From NCBI RefSeq assembly GCF_947568905.1, contig NC_079164.1, forward strand, positions 82,398,001 through 82,462,000: a stretch of DNA of 64,000 nucleotides, in the 5' to 3' direction. How positions within the stretch are numbered: the stretch's first letter is position 1; each line of letters starts with the position of its first letter. This document shows positions 63,066 to 64,000 of the stretch, piece after piece. The notes below the pieces were generated by a model that made no database searches, had not been told where the DNA came from, and saw only the letters and a list, made by a program, of their open reading frames with translations. The DNA is from Ostrea edulis. Lineage: Eukaryota. The position numbers and the translations under genes are program-made.

Positions 63066-64000
63066 ATGGTTCATCGTAAAAAAAAATAATAACCACCCAA
63101 TGCTAAACCTAAAGAGCATATTAAACCCAAAATAAAGGTATCTATGCAATATCAAATTTTAAAAAAAATAACGTTATCTATGCAACATCAAATTTGATAA
63201 AAACCCAAAACAAAGGTATATATGAAATATCAAACAAACAAACAAACAAAAATCGATTTACAATTATATTCATCGGCTGGAAAACCATGTATTGCTCTGT
63301 ATTCTTCATAACGTGTAACCCTAGGGTAAACACATCACACTGGAAGTATTTCATTTGTGGTTCTATGAATAAAAGCATCCCCAAAGTCAATGATTTATTT
63401 ATAACATCATTATATTTATAAACATGAAGCTAAATGCTATTGAATTTTGTTAACCTTTTTATCTGTAAGCATTTTAGAGATTTTATAAAGTACCGCTATT
63501 ACAATGTGACATTCTTGCCCCTGTCATATTTTAATTTCCATAAGAATTTTAAAAAAAAATACAATAGAACATATTTTGGGTGTAGGAGGGGAGATAAATA
63601 AGTGATTTAGATTGGATGCACTGAGAGTTTTAATGATGGTGACATGGTTAACTGGGAGTAAGGATTCTGGGGAACATTTCTGGATCCGCACCTGTATATA
63701 TGATTAGATCCTGTTATTAAATTCTTATGCCATCTTTTAAGTTTAAAAAAAACTGCTAAAAAATGTTTGTAAGTTCTACTTAAAGTCATTCCACCCTCCT
63801 GTGATGTCATCAGATTTTGCAAAATCAATGATTTCTTTACATTTATGCGTGATAGGAACATACATTTTGTTGGAGTCTTTCCCGATAGTTATTGTAAAAA
63901 ATCTTGTTAAAAACAAACTATTTCAAAAGTCTAAATTATAGATGAATAATCAATAATACGTTTTAAAATATTGAATCCAAGGGCAATAACTCTGTTTCTA

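Overview
AT-rich, repeat-dense animal genomic DNA. The repeat families suggest an oyster-like bivalve (inference). Two spliced genes lie on the minus strand. One is a complete 4-exon ERp29 (249 aa, signal peptide, C-terminal RDEL) at 50367-55319. The other is a long coiled-coil protein gene with at least 14 coding exons (501 aa reconstructed) running from 44302 down to 2261, probably continuing past position 1, with candidate alternative exons. Introns and flanks hold a decayed RTE-type LINE, a tRNA-derived SINE, Penelope-like (PLE) retroelement fragments, many Helentron/HINE-type modular repeats, several MITE/foldback elements and minisatellites. Best lead: two separate PLE copies (47150-47625 and 61979-62087) carry dense, strand-specific A-to-G hypermutation. 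This is the pattern expected if ADAR-hyperedited retroelement RNA was reverse-transcribed into the genome, and one case can be checked by aligning two copies inside this window. Second lead: a 128-bp intronic satellite with ten perfect AGGTCAnnnTGACCT nuclear-receptor palindromes whose half-sites are invariant while the 3-nt spacers vary. All coordinates were read by eye and no database searches were run.
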